Source: Haliotis cracherodii
Taxonomy: Eukaryota
DNA: 64,000 nucleotides
Assembly: GCF_022045235.1 (NCBI RefSeq)
Contig: NW_027266297.1
Location: forward strand, 6,014,001-6,078,000
Direction: 5' to 3'
The first letter of the stretch is position 1. Every line of letters starts with the position of its first letter. This document shows, piece by piece, positions 1 to 11,600 of the stretch. A program made the position numbers and the translations under genes. Under the pieces are notes generated by a model that saw only the letters and a program-made list of their open reading frames with translations, was not told where the DNA came from and searched no databases.

Positions 1-1000
1 GATTCCCCGCGGTACTGGCAGGGGCTTGGGCATGTCCTCAAAGAGGTCATAAACCATGGCCACATGGTCCTTAACCGATAGCGGGAGCAATGGTTCGGGG
101 GAAGGACCGGTGACCACGGGAGGTGCGGCCGTACCGGTGGGCCCTGCGTTCGAACCCGCGGCCACCGAATAGGTCGGGGACGGAACAGCTAGCGGCCTAT
201 CCTGAGATAAGGCCGCCGGCTTGGGAGTCCACAAGTTAAGAAAGCAATGCAGCGATGGAATCCCCGGACAGCCCGAGGGCCGCCAAGGGATCCGCCACAG
301 CCGTGAAGGTGGTACCCGCAAAGGGACCCCGACCGGATGAACTGGCCACCACAGGGGTGGAAACGGACTGCACACACAGCCGGTAGCGCTCGAACGCCGC
401 AGGCCCCAGACAGTCGCACAGGACGCACGGGGGTCCCCGCAAGGAACCCTGCAGACATTTTGGTACTATGAACAAAAGAGCAAAACATGGTTACAACACA
501 CGCACCACAAATATTCACAAACGAGCATTTTCACAAGGAAAATAAACGAGCAAAGTGAATATAGAACATACACATAGAACATATAGAGAAATAAGTGATG
601 TGAACCCCCAAAGCATACTATAGCAGGGGAACGTAAGACACAACGTGCATTAGAGAACCCCGCGAGTATATAGAAAAAAGGGCGGGAATTTTTTTCCGTT
701 TGGCGGGAAAATTATATCCAAGCGTAGCTACCGCAAATGCCCTGTACAAGCACAGTTTATTAGTTTAATAAACCATAATAAATATCACCGAATTGGTCGA
801 GGAAACAGGAACTCTTCAGCAGTCTATAACACGTCTTGCGAGCGCAAGCGAAGAGACAAGAGTGAAGGGTGTCACATGGCAGCTGGGTGGCTACACACGT
901 GCTGCATGAGGTAATTGAGATCTCTGTGGTAGATTTCGCTATAGCAGCAGTTGTGGGAGACAACAGCCTCGGTATAACAGTGGTAATGTATTAATTAATG
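1..1000 (-). mobile_element. Probable 5' portion (terminal repeat, UTR, decayed gag-like ORF) of a DIRS-like retrotransposon in intron 5 of the host gene; runs off the window edge
   Basis: GC/CpG-rich 1-460 contrasts with the AT-rich introns. Minus-strand frames give broken Cys-rich peptides (VCRVPCGDP / LCDCLGPAAFERYRLC) then an open Pro/Ala-rich frame (LWTPKPAALSQDRP...VYDLFEDMPKPLPVPRGI) to position 1, resembling DIRS gag N-termini. No RT or YR is visible, so the class is inferred. Confidence 0.35.
681..710 (-). promoter_or_regulatory. Two E2F-like motifs (TTCCCGCC) in the putative retroelement 5' region
   Basis: GGCGGGAA at 681-688 and GGCGGGAAA at 702-710 on + strand; motif match only. 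Confidence 0.25.
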
Positions 1001-1441
1001 TAATAAGTTACAAACGTAAGTCCAGATATGCAAAGAACACTTTTTATAGCCAGACAGTGTAATTACATGATTAATTTGCGTACTTCAGTATGGATTTGTT
1101 GACATGGTATTTCCGGTGTTACCTGCTCACAGTTATGTCTTTCCATTGGGAGAAAAAAACATCAAAACTCATTATGGCGTGTATAATACCATCTACACAG
1201 TTGTGTTTTGGGGGGAAAAAAGTGTGCACTATACGCAAGAAAATATGGTATTCAACACTCTCGAACAAATTAGGTTGTCATCATTGGTGTCAACAACTTT
1301 CAGCTTCAATGGTCCAGAGGTTTCAAAAGAGAATATGTTTACGACTGATGACAGGCCTAGACATAAGCTCACTTGACTTTCAATTAGGTGAGCTAAAAAT
1401 GTAATCTAGCAAATAAAATAACCAAATTGTCAGAGACTCAC

Positions 1442-1651
1442 TCTGTGTGAAGGATGTCTGCACCCCTCTGCACTTATCGTACTTCATCAGGAACACCTCG
1501 TTGTCCACATAGGAGGAGCCCGGATCCTGACAGGCCTCGATTGTGCTGCCACCAGAGTCGCAGATGCCGCCGCCACCCCAACTGACTTCATATGTGAACT
1601 GGAACACACCCTCCCACGTGGTGATGCAGTTGATGGTCTCAATGGTCATCC
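1442..1651 (-). CDS. Exon 5 (last visible) of a secreted Cys-rich protein, DUF7044/DUF7042-like
   Basis: Acceptor tttctcctacag, donor gtgagt; 210 nt, phase 1/1; encodes (R)MTIETINCITTWEGVFQFTYEVSWGGGGICDSGGSTIEACQDPGSSYVDNEVFLMKYDKCRGVQTSFTQ; no stop, so the gene continues beyond position 1. Confidence 0.88.
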
Positions 1652-2448
1652 CTGTAGGAGAAATACATGGCTTCAGAGAAGGAAGACAATCAGGCTATGT
1701 GTCTCGAGTGTCATCCCTTTAGGAGAAATACATCGCTACAGACAAGAGGGACAATCAGGCTGTGTCCGGATTGTAAGCCCTGTGGGGAAAGTCATTGCTA
1801 CAGACAAGAGGGACAATCAGGCTGTGTCCGGATTGTAAGCCCTGTGGGGAAAGTCATTGCTACAGACAAGAGAGACAATCAGGCTGTGTCCGGATTGTAA
1901 GCCCTGTGGGGAAAGTCATTGCTACAGACAAGAGAGACAATCAGGCTGTGTCCGGATTGTAAGCCCTGTGGGGAAAGTCATTGCTACAGACAAGAGAGAC
2001 AATCAGGCTGTGTCTGGATTGTAAGCCCTGTGGGGAAAGTCATTGCTACAGACAAGAGAGACAATCAGGCTGTGTCCGGATTGTAAGCCCTGTGGGGAAA
2101 GTCATTGCTACAGACAAGAGAGACAATCAGGCTGTGTCCGGATTGTAAGCCCTGTGGGGAAAGTCATTGCTACAGACAAGAGAGACAATCAGGCTGTGTC
2201 TGGATTGTAAGCCCTGTGGGGAAAGTCATTGCTACAGACAAGAGAGACAATCAGGCTGTGTCCGGATTGTAAGCCCTGTGGGGAAAGTCATTGCTACAGA
2301 CAAGAGAGACAATCAGGCTGTGTCTGGATTGTAAGCCCTGTGGGGAAAGTCATTGCTACAGACAAGAGAGACAATCAGGCTGTGTCCGGATTGTAAGCCC
2401 TGTGGGGAAACTCATTGCTACAGACAAGAGAGACATTCAGGATTGTAA
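1650..2448. repeat. 62-bp minisatellite, 11 near-perfect units plus 2 diverged units overlapping the exon 5 acceptor
   Basis: Unit caatcaggctgtgtccggattgtaagccctgtggggaaagtcattgctacagacaagagaga; ccctgtggggaaa recurs every 62 nt from 1778 to 2398. Confidence 0.97.
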
Positions 2449-2702
2449 ATTTATAAATTAATATAAATTACAATTTATTGTAGAGAAATTAAAAATTAGA
2501 GGGCTTGAGATTCAACAAATACAGGAGACATGGTAGGTAGACCATACCATTGATATCTTTATTGCACTGATGTTCCATTAGGAAATAGTACAAACAGACA
2601 ACATATATAAATGTACATGATAATAGCTCAAAATACAAAATCTCCCCCACAGTATATCTGTTGGTCTTTGAACTACAAATACATTCTCCATGTTCTACTC
2701 AC

Positions 2703-2792
2703 TGAACATCGTGATGACTTGGTCCACGGCAGGGAGCTGTTTGATGCCAGTGCACATGTTCTCAAAACCATTGTTGCTTGTGAAACAGTCAC
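2703..2792 (-). CDS. Exon 4 of the secreted Cys-rich protein
   Basis: Acceptor tttctcccag, donor gtgagt; 90 nt, phase 1/1; (S)DCFTSNNGFENMCTGIKQLPAVDQVITMF. Confidence 0.85.
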
Positions 2793-3411
2793 CTGGGAGA
2801 AACATAATGTGTCATTGTTAAATCATTCTTATATCACTGTTGTATCATTGTACTAGGGTCGGTCTAAGATTCCAAACTAAATGCCCTTGGCAGGCAAATT
2901 CGGAAAAATTGTTATTTTGTTCAAGTTAGAACTTTTTTCACACTGCTTATTTTCCAAATTCAGAGGATTTTAACATTAAATCTTATGGCATTCACTGCAA
3001 TAGTGTTCTGAGCATTAACACCTCTTCTACTGTTCTGTTGTCAGTGAAATACAAGTCCGAATACATCAGAGAAAAATATTAAATGTGTAATAAATACAAA
3101 CGGACCTTTCCCTGGAAAATAATATCTCAGTCTTGATGATAATCTCTTAGACAAGCTAACTTAAGTAGTTTCCAAGAAAACTTGTCGCCATTGCACACAC
3201 TATGCACAAAGTAAAAACAACATGGATCAAAGGGTCGGAACTCTGTAAACAGGACCAATTTGCGATCTCAGTCTTGAAAAGTATCTCTTAGATAAACTTG
3301 CAAACCTTCCTTCACTAAGTAAAATAACATGGGTCGGGTGGGTAAACAGACAGAAACAAACAATTAGAATCAAAGACAGCATTTATCAACAACAAAAAGA
3401 GAAGTACTTAC

Positions 3412-3485
3412 TCTGTCTGTACTGAAGAATGTTTTTGGTTCTCCACAATATATCCACACACATCAAGCAAAGGTTGCTCTGAGTA
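3412..3485 (-). CDS. Exon 3 of the secreted Cys-rich protein
   Basis: Acceptor tatttcag, donor gtaagt; 74 nt, phase 2/1; (T)TQSNLCLMCVDILWRTKNILQYRQ. Confidence 0.85.
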
Positions 3486-3908
3486 CTGAAATACACAAGA
3501 TATAGCTTGTTGGTCTTGTTAATACTGACAGAGATTACCAAGCAGTGTTTCTAACCACTGAAATATCATTTGGCTTGGGAATTTCAGTTTTCAGCTGATT
3601 CTGGTGCCTGAGGCGTATATAAATAGGATTCAGACTGCTGAAACAAGTACTATTTCAACGCCAGGTAACATGATAACACCTACACAATGTTAGGTGTCTT
3701 CTTTGCTGCAATAGGAAATATTTGCCAAGAAAATATATTCAAGTTGTAAAATTTACACATGGATATTTTAGAACTGTTATTGACATTAACTGATTTACAA
3801 TTTCAACTTTTCAATCAATCATTTGACTAATAATTGTTCTAACTAGCATTAATTATGGATTAAAAATAATGATAAGTCCATATTAAACTAAGTATAATAG
3901 AAAAGAGA

Positions 3909-4136
3909 GTTTGTTCGTTTGTTGTTTAATGCCGCACTCAGCAGTATTCAAGCTCTATGACGGCGGTCAGTAAATAATCGAGTCTGGATCAGACAATCTA
4001 GTGATTAACATCATGAGCATCGATCCATGTAATTGGGATACCATGAAATGCATCAACAAAGTCAGCAAGTCTGACCTGCCGATCCTGTTAGTCGCCTCTT
4101 ATGACATGTTTAGTCGCCTCTTACGACAATCATAGT
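3909..4136 (-). mobile_element. SINE family A copy (5' truncated)
   Basis: (AAAC)n tail, aataatcgagtctgga body, two copies of tagtcgcctctta(t/c)gaca. Confidence 0.85.
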
Positions 4137-4165
4137 AAAAAATAAATGAGCACGATGTGTCTTAC

Positions 4166-4352
4166 GTGGGTTTCCTCATGAGCATTGTGGCGTTCGTCCC
4201 CTCCAGCTTGAATGTGTTATTGTGGATGTAGAGGTCAATGCAGGTCAACTCGCCCCACTTCTGTTCGTTGACCACAGTTGTGATGTCACGTCCTGCCTCC
4301 ATGGAGTACCAGTCCCCCTTGAAGTCGGAGGGAATGACACATTGTGTTGACA
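4166..4352 (-). CDS. Exon 2 of the secreted Cys-rich protein
   Basis: Acceptor tgttccag, donor gtaag; 187 nt, phase 1/2; (V)STQCVIPSDFKGDWYSMEAGRDITTVVNEQKWGELTCIDLYIHNNTFKLEGTNATMLMRKP. The CxxPxxxxGxW start is typical of this domain family. Confidence 0.88.
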
Positions 4353-4433
4353 CTGGAACATAAAGGACATGAATCTAGAGTAAGTGGGTGGATGAGAGTG
4401 CTTGGGTGGGCGAGGGACTTATCTACACCAAAA

Positions 4434-4690
4434 TGTTTGTTTGCTGTTTAACGCCGCTCTCAGCAATATTCCATCAATATGAGAGTCTGTAAATAATCAA
4501 GACTGGACCAGACAATCCAGTGATTGACATCATGAGCATCGATCCACGCAATTGGGATCAATGACATGCATCAACCAAGTCAGCGAGCCTGACCACCCGA
4601 TCCCGTTAGTCGCCTCTTACGACATTCGTGGTCACCATTCATGGCAAGAATGGGTTGCTGAAGACCTATTCTATCCCAGATCTTCACTGG
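4434..4690 (-). mobile_element. SINE family A copy (near full length)
   Basis: Aligns along its length to the 5678-5939 and 47804-48037 copies. Confidence 0.88.
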
Positions 4691-5021
4691 TGGTTGATAA
4701 AACAGAGTATAACTGACGGAAAATATAAACATGGTGTTACATGGCAGAAAAGATCCATCGTTGTATGTTTACTTGCAGTGAATGGCAGCACATGATGGAT
4801 ATGCTTGTAAATGAGTCCAAGATGTTTTGAAAGGGAACAGTTTCTAGAAGGCAGGTTGTACATATATAAAAGCGACACACTGGTGATTCAGGGCCTTTTA
4901 TGACATGATTTTGCATCTTATCTACTTGCAAAGAGCAGATTGGATACCTGGCTGAATTCTAACACATCCCGATTCAAGAAGACATCCCGATTCAAGAAGA
5001 CATCTCGATTAAAGTTAGTTG

Positions 5022-5363
5022 TGATGAGGTGAAATTGGGTTTGATGTTGCGTTCAAGATTATTGTGATTATTGCACATGCATACACGTGTGTGTGTGTGA
5101 CTGCATGTACTAGTTTGGACTAATGCCTATTTTATAGTGCTAGCTCACTGAAATACCATGGTGCACTTTAACATGAATACCCTTTTCAGACATAGTATAC
5201 TGACTCCGAGCCGACCACTCCTTGTTTTAGCCCCTTGATGCCAAACACCTGGCAGGGTAACAAGTACTATTCTTTAACGTCTTTTGGTATAAAGTGGCCG
5301 GGGTTGAACCCCCGACCTTCCGCTCTCCGGTGGATGCTCTACCACTAGATCCAGGAGGCGGTC
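5022..5363 (-). mobile_element. SINE family D (tRNA head, Meta/MESC-like core, CA-rich segment)
   Basis: tRNA-like A/B boxes at the right end; homologous to 14206-14570; flanking direct repeat aagttagttg (5012-5021, 5367-5376). Confidence 0.85.
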
Positions 5364-5677
5364 TTCAAGTTAGTTGGGAATGGGAACTTCTAATGATGTA
5401 GTTTGGGCCAAATCAGGACAATTCTTCTCAAGTTCTGAGTTTTGCAGAGAAATGAGGCTTCCATGCATGTGCCAAAAAGGAAACAACTGTGCGCTGATCA
5501 CTCAGTAAACAAGCACTAATTGTTATTAGTGCCCATGTTCTCATTGTTAAGTGTTACCTAATTAGATTAACCCATTAGCATTGCTGAGGATCAAGTTGGC
5601 AACACAAGTTTGATCCTCCAGTACTCCTGCGGTGCTTCCATAGATTTCAAGACTGGGACTTAATCTTTTAGTTTAGA

Positions 5678-5939
5678 TTTGGTTGGTTTGTTGTTTAACG
5701 CCGCACTCAGCAATACTCCTGCTATATGACAGCGGTCTGTAAATAATCGAGTCCGGACCAGACAATGCACTGATTAATATCATGAGCATCGATCCACACA
5801 ATTGGGATCGATGACATGTATCAACCAAGCGAGCCTGACCACCCGATCCCGTTAGTCGCCTTGTATGACAAGCATAGTCACCTTTTACAGCAAGCATGGG
5901 TTGCCGAAGACCTATTCTATCCCGGAATCTTCACGGGTC
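5678..5939 (-). mobile_element. SINE family A, full length, with 13-bp TSD
   Basis: TSD cttttagtttaga at 5665-5677 and 5940-5952; 5' end GACCCGTGAAGA. Confidence 0.92.
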
Positions 5940-6547
5940 CTTTTAGTTTAGAGATACAAGCATGGGTTGCTGAAGACCTATTCTACCCCGGAATCTTCAC
6001 GGGTCCTTTTAGTTTAGAGATACAAGTTGTCCAAAACAAAGTTATTTGTTGAAAGATGGCAAATAAACAACAGACAAATACCAGGAATTTAGGGTGAGGC
6101 TGATTGAGCACACTTGTGACTTTTAAATTCCAGTTTGTATATGGTTGAAGAGTGTCTGTCCCATCCAATACGATAAATTTTAAGTTCCCAAGAGGCCTGC
6201 TCCTACATATATCATTGGATTCTGCCATTTCCGGAGAGGCACTTTTACAAATCGTCAACTCAATAACAAGAAATGTTTAATGTTAAAAAACCCCTATCAA
6301 ATCAAGGAATATCTTAAGGCAAAATAGACAATATGAGTAAAGGTTCATTTCTTAGATTTCTAGACCTAGTATCGAAATCTTTGATCTCAAATATTCCGAA
6401 ATTCTGAGTGAGCAAAACATTTCAAAACAGAATCCGGATATACAGGCCCATGATTGAAACGACAAGTCAGAGATCACGACATAAAACGCGATGTACGACA
6501 ATTTACCTGTAAAATGTTGACACCTGGTTAATGAAATGTTAATTTAC

Positions 6548-6620
6548 CTTGTTGTATGTACAGCACGCTGATTAGGACGACTATGAAACAAGAAGTGCTC
6601 GAGCACTTCAACAGCGCCAT
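6548..6620 (-). CDS. First coding exon (signal peptide) of the secreted Cys-rich protein
   Basis: aaaATGG context; MALLKCSSTSCFIVVLISVLYIQQ hydrophobic leader; donor G|gtaaat, phase 1, joining exon 2 in frame. Confidence 0.8.
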
Positions 6621-6863
6621 TTTGGTCGCTTAAAATGGCTGCTGAATGAGGTCAGGTGAAAACGAGGCAGGTATGTCACGGGTAAACTGTCACCTGTGAT
6701 CAATCACAGTTTTCATTGCATAAGAAAGAACTCAGATTGGTGCGATAATCATGTATATATATTTATATTTGGAATAATGTTTATTTGTTTTGCGAAGGAC
6801 ATAGCGCGACATCGCTTGCATTCCTCAGGTGTGACTCATTAACGATGCAGGGGAGGTAATCAA

Positions 6864-7058
6864 CGCCAATAGTGTTGGCTGGTTATTAGCGGTACGGAAG
6901 ACTCCCGAGTTACCTCCCTTGTCTTCGCTCTTCTCCCTCTCATTATTTTGTACTCGCCTCGTGGTGTTTGGAAATAAAACCTCTCGCAACCGAAAAGCCT
7001 CTCCATCTTGTGTCCCAATCGTCAGTGGCCTAAGAGTGTCCGTCAAACCTTACTGGCG
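6864..7058 (+). repeat. 5' LTR
   Basis: CGCCAATA...TACTGGCG terminal inverted repeat; AATAAA at 6973-6978; identical to 12640-12834. Confidence 0.96.
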
Positions 7059-7069
7059 TGGTGGCAGCG
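7059..7069 (+). promoter_or_regulatory. Primer-binding site complementary to the 3' end of a tRNA-Leu (AAG/UAG type)
   Basis: TGGTGGCAGCG directly after the LTR is complementary to ...CGCUGCCACCA-3'. Confidence 0.8.
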
Positions 7070-7405
7070 CTACGGACAAGTTCCCACACCTGACATTCGG
7101 TTGGATCGTGCAAAACACTCAAAGTTTCACAATCGCTTCACAGCAGACGATCGGTTAGACTAAAATCTAGTCTCTGAAATGAACATATCGTACATAAAAA
7201 CAGTTGTTCAGTTATCTTAATAAAAATATAATAAAAAGGAGCCCAGTGACTCTCTTCATTTTCAGATACTGCAGTGATCTAGACTTGCCAAACATTATAG
7301 ACTTGCATGGGCTGTATTTGATATATATTTGTATCAGGGTCTGTAAGACAGACTAACGATCGGTCAGTATTGCTTTTACTGGATAGCACAAGTTACACCC
7401 TCATC

Positions 7406-8655
7406 ATGGCTAATACTGCGAGAGCACCTAAACAGTGGTGTTTAACCAAACACGAGACAGTTAATTCATTTGAGAACTGGCGTCAAAATCTTTTGTATAC
7501 ATTGTCACTAGATCGGAACTTTGCTCCATTCCTAGCGACAGGGGCTACATGGCTCAAGAAAACCGCCCATGCTCCCTTGCGTGGATTTACGGATGATAAT
7601 GAGGAGGTTCCCGTCGCGTTGCGACGAACAGCTCTACAAAAGGTCAATGCCCTGGAACTTATGCTTGGACAAGTAGCCAATTATTGCCCCGTTATCTCAA
7701 GGAACACTATGGTGAAGAATTCTACATCCATTGGTCAGATCTGGCAAGTTATCAGACTCCATTATGGATTTCAGTCTACCGGAGCTCACTTCATAGACTT
7801 TTCTGACATTAAGCTTGACCCTGAGGAACGCCCAGAAGATTTATATCAGCACCTCATGGCCTTTATTGAGGACAATCTCTTGCGTCGGGAGGGTGCTATT
7901 ACGCACCATGGAGTGATAATCAACGAGGACGAGGAACTTTCTCCCACTTAAGAGAACTTTATTATACTCACATGGCTCCGATTGATTCACCCTGAATTGC
8001 CAAGACTGGTCAAGCAAAGATATGGAACCGAACTACGCTCACGGACCTTAGCTTCCATCAAACCGGAGGTCTCGCAGGCACTTTCATCTCTCCTGGATGA
8101 AATACGCACAGGTGATGACGTGAAGATTATGAGGGCTGCAGCGTCCTCAGATGGCAACCGAAGATCTCCATTTACCAACAGACCTCCAAAGACCTCCCCC
8201 CAACGCCCAAACAAGATGTGCCCTTTGTGCAGTCAAGCGGGTCGTTCAGACATACGCCACTTCCTCAGTGTGTGCCCCCACCTCCCAGAACGGGACAGGA
8301 AATACATGACGAAGGCCCGACAGATATCGCACATATTGGACATAAACGACAATGACAATGAGGAGACAGAGGATATCTTCACCATCGAGCCCCCAACATT
8401 ATCAAAGTCTAACCTCTCAGCACTTAGGATCCAGGTCCGCCAATCTCCATATATTGATGTTTTCCACCATCATCATGGTGTCCGCCTCACACTCGACTCT
8501 GGAGCAACCGGCTATATGATTCGCCTGTCAGCCGCAATACGTCTAGATGCTAAGATTACCAAGTCATCACAGTCAGCCCATCAAGCAGATGGATCCTCAC
8601 CCCTAGAAGTCGTTGGAGAGACCTGCATGACATTTGCGCGCGATGACAAAGTTTT
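7406..8655 (+). pseudogene. gag: gag plus N-terminal protease, interrupted by in-frame TAA (7949-7951) and a frameshift near 8650
   Basis: Frame continues LSPT*ENFIILTWLRLIHP; zinc knuckle CPLCSQAGRSDIRHFLSVC; aspartic protease motif LDSGA; frame switches at aaagtttttgttcgaa. Confidence 0.88.
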
Positions 8656-11600
8656 TGTTCGAAGGCTTGGTGGTTCAGGACCTCGATGTCGATGTCATTG
8701 CAGGAACCCCCTTCCTTGAGTGCAATGATGTGTACACTCGACCAGCTAAACGTCAAGTGCACGTCGGTGACAATGCTACATATACTTATGGCTCTACCGA
8801 CGAACCAACCACTCGTCACACTGTGCGGCGTGCAAGCCTTATACGAGCTCCCCATGTTGCTACAGTATGGCCTGGTGAATATCTGGAGGTAAGCCTTCCC
8901 GACGACATGTACTCTCAAGACGGAACCGTGGCAGTTGAGCCACGTATCGACTCTAGACAAGTGACTACTAAAGATGACTACATGTGGCCTCCACCTAGCC
9001 TCTTAACAAGTGTCTCAGGCAGGATCCGCATCCCAAATTTGACTGATAGTCCACAGACCGTGAGACGACATGAACACTTTTGTCAAGTCAGACCAGTTGC
9101 TATCCTACCGGACAACAATGCGACAGCCCATGACCCTCCAACTTCGTGTCTTAAAACCTCAACTGTTCATCACCAGGACGCAAACTACTCTAGCCATGTC
9201 AAGTTAGATCCTGATTCTACTATTCCCCCATTGGTAGTGGCCAGTTTCAAGTCGCTTCTTGAAGAGTATGACACTGTTTTTGACCCCCGGTTCCAGGGTT
9301 ATAACGGGAAGTCCGGTCCATTCCAAGCTGTTGTGAACATGGGACCTGTACTACCGCCGCAGCGCAAAGGACGTGTTCCCCAATATTCCAGGGACAGACT
9401 TTTAGAACTACAGACAAAGTTCAACGAACTCGAAGACTTGGGTGTCTTCGTCAGACCTGAGGATGCCAATATCTGCGTAGAGTACTTAAACCCATCCTTC
9501 CTAGTCAAGAAGTCTAGCGGAGGCTTCCGGTTGGTCACTGCCTTTGCAGACGTTGGACGTTACAGTAAGCCTCAACCATCCCTGATGCCTGATGTTGACT
9601 CAACGTTACGCCAAATAGCCCAATGGAGACACATCATTAGCACAGACCTCACAAATGCCTTTTACCAGATTCCACTCTCACGTGAGTCTATGAAGTACTG
9701 TGGTGTAGCGACCCCCTTCAGAGGAGTGAGAGTCTATGCCAGGTCGGCCATGGGCATGCCGGGGTCAGAAACTGCTCTTGAAGAGCTCATGTGCCGAGTG
9801 TTAGGAGAATTACTTGAAGAGGGAGTAGTTGCTAAACTTGCTGATGACTTGTACTGTGGTGGGGATACCCATGAAGAGCTCTTACATACATGGAAGCGTG
9901 TCTTACAGGCCCTACACCGGAATGGTCTCCATCTGTCAGCCGCTAAGACTGTTATCTGTCCGTCTACGGTCACAATTCTGGGTTGGATATGGAACCGAGG
10001 CACCATTCACGCTAGCCCCCACCGAATAGCGACCCTCTCGACATGCGCTCCTCCAGAGACAACACGGGGACTTCGTTCGTTCATTGGAGCTTATAAAGTA
10101 CTAGCCCGTGTCATCCATGGATGTGCCACCCTCCTTTCACCGTTGGATGAAGCCTTAACAGGTTCACAAAGCAAAGACAAAATCATATGGTCAGACGACT
10201 TGTCAACAGCCTTTGCTAAGGCCCAGGCTGCATTGAGTTCCAACCGTACTATTGTGCTCCCACGTCCGGAGGATCAGTTATGGATCGTGACCGATGGTGC
10301 TGTCAAGTCTCGTGGTGTCGGAGCAACACTTTACGTCACACGCGACAGTAGGCAACTTCTTGCAGGTTTCTTTAGTGCCAAACTTCGTGGACGCCAGGTT
10401 TCATGGCTTCCCTGTGAAATCGAAGCGCTTTCTGTTGCTGCGGCCACGAAACACTTCAGCCCCTTCATCATCCAATCTCACCACAACACATGCATTCTTA
10501 CTGACAGCAAGCCTTGTGTTCAGGCATTTGAGAAATTGTGCAGGGGTGAATTCTCAGCGAGCCCACGCGTATCAACTTTCCTTTCCACAGTCAGTCGATA
10601 TCAGGCTACTATTCGTCACCTGGCTGGATCAGCAAATGTACCCTCAGACTTCTCAAGTCGAAACGCCCCTGATTGTACTGAGCCAACTTGTCAAATTTGC
10701 TCCTTTGTCAGGAAAACTGAAGACTCGGTTGTCCGTACAATGTCAGTTCAGGAAATCATCGCCGGAGATGCTAAGTTACCCTTCACCAGCAGAGCTGCGT
10801 GGCACGACATACAATCTGACTGTCAAGATATGAGAAGGACACATGCTCACCTGCTTCAGGGTACCAGGCCATCTAAGAAGCTCACCAACATCAAGGATGT
10901 CAAGAGGTATCTCCATTCAGTCACCATAGCTAAGGATGGATTGTTGGTTGTGCCAAGAGTTGAACCTCTAGCCCCAACTCGTGAACTCATAGCAGTACCC
11001 CGCAAAGTCCTAGATGGTTTACTCACATCCATACATATCCAGTTAGACCATCCCTCCTCCCACCAACTTAAACAGGTAGTGCACCGTTTCTTTTATGCTC
11101 TCGACATGGATAGAGCTATAGATCAAACAACGAAGAGTTGCCATCAATGCTCATCATTACAGAAGATGACCCATACCATCATAGAACAGTCGACCTCTGA
11201 CCCCCCAGAATCAATAAGTACGTCGTTTGCTGCAGATGTCTTGAAGCGGTCACGACAACTCATTCTTGTCCTGCGAGAAACAGTAACCTCGTACACCAGC
11301 GCATGTCTCATCGAAAATGAGAGGGGTGATACACTACGCGATGGTCTCATCCGCCTTTGCGTTGAACTCAGACCATTAGACGGTCCAGTAGCTGTGATCA
11401 GAACAGACCCTGCCACCGGATTTGCCTCTATCATCAATGATAAGCTCCTTCACAAGCACAGAATAAATCTTGAGATAGGGAGAGTGAAGAATGTCAATAA
11501 AAACCCTGTTGCAGAAAGAGCCGTCCAAGAGCTAGAAGAAGAACTTCTACGCCAAGATCCTTTGGGTGGCTCTGTCACAGTTCTGACGCTTTGCGTGACC

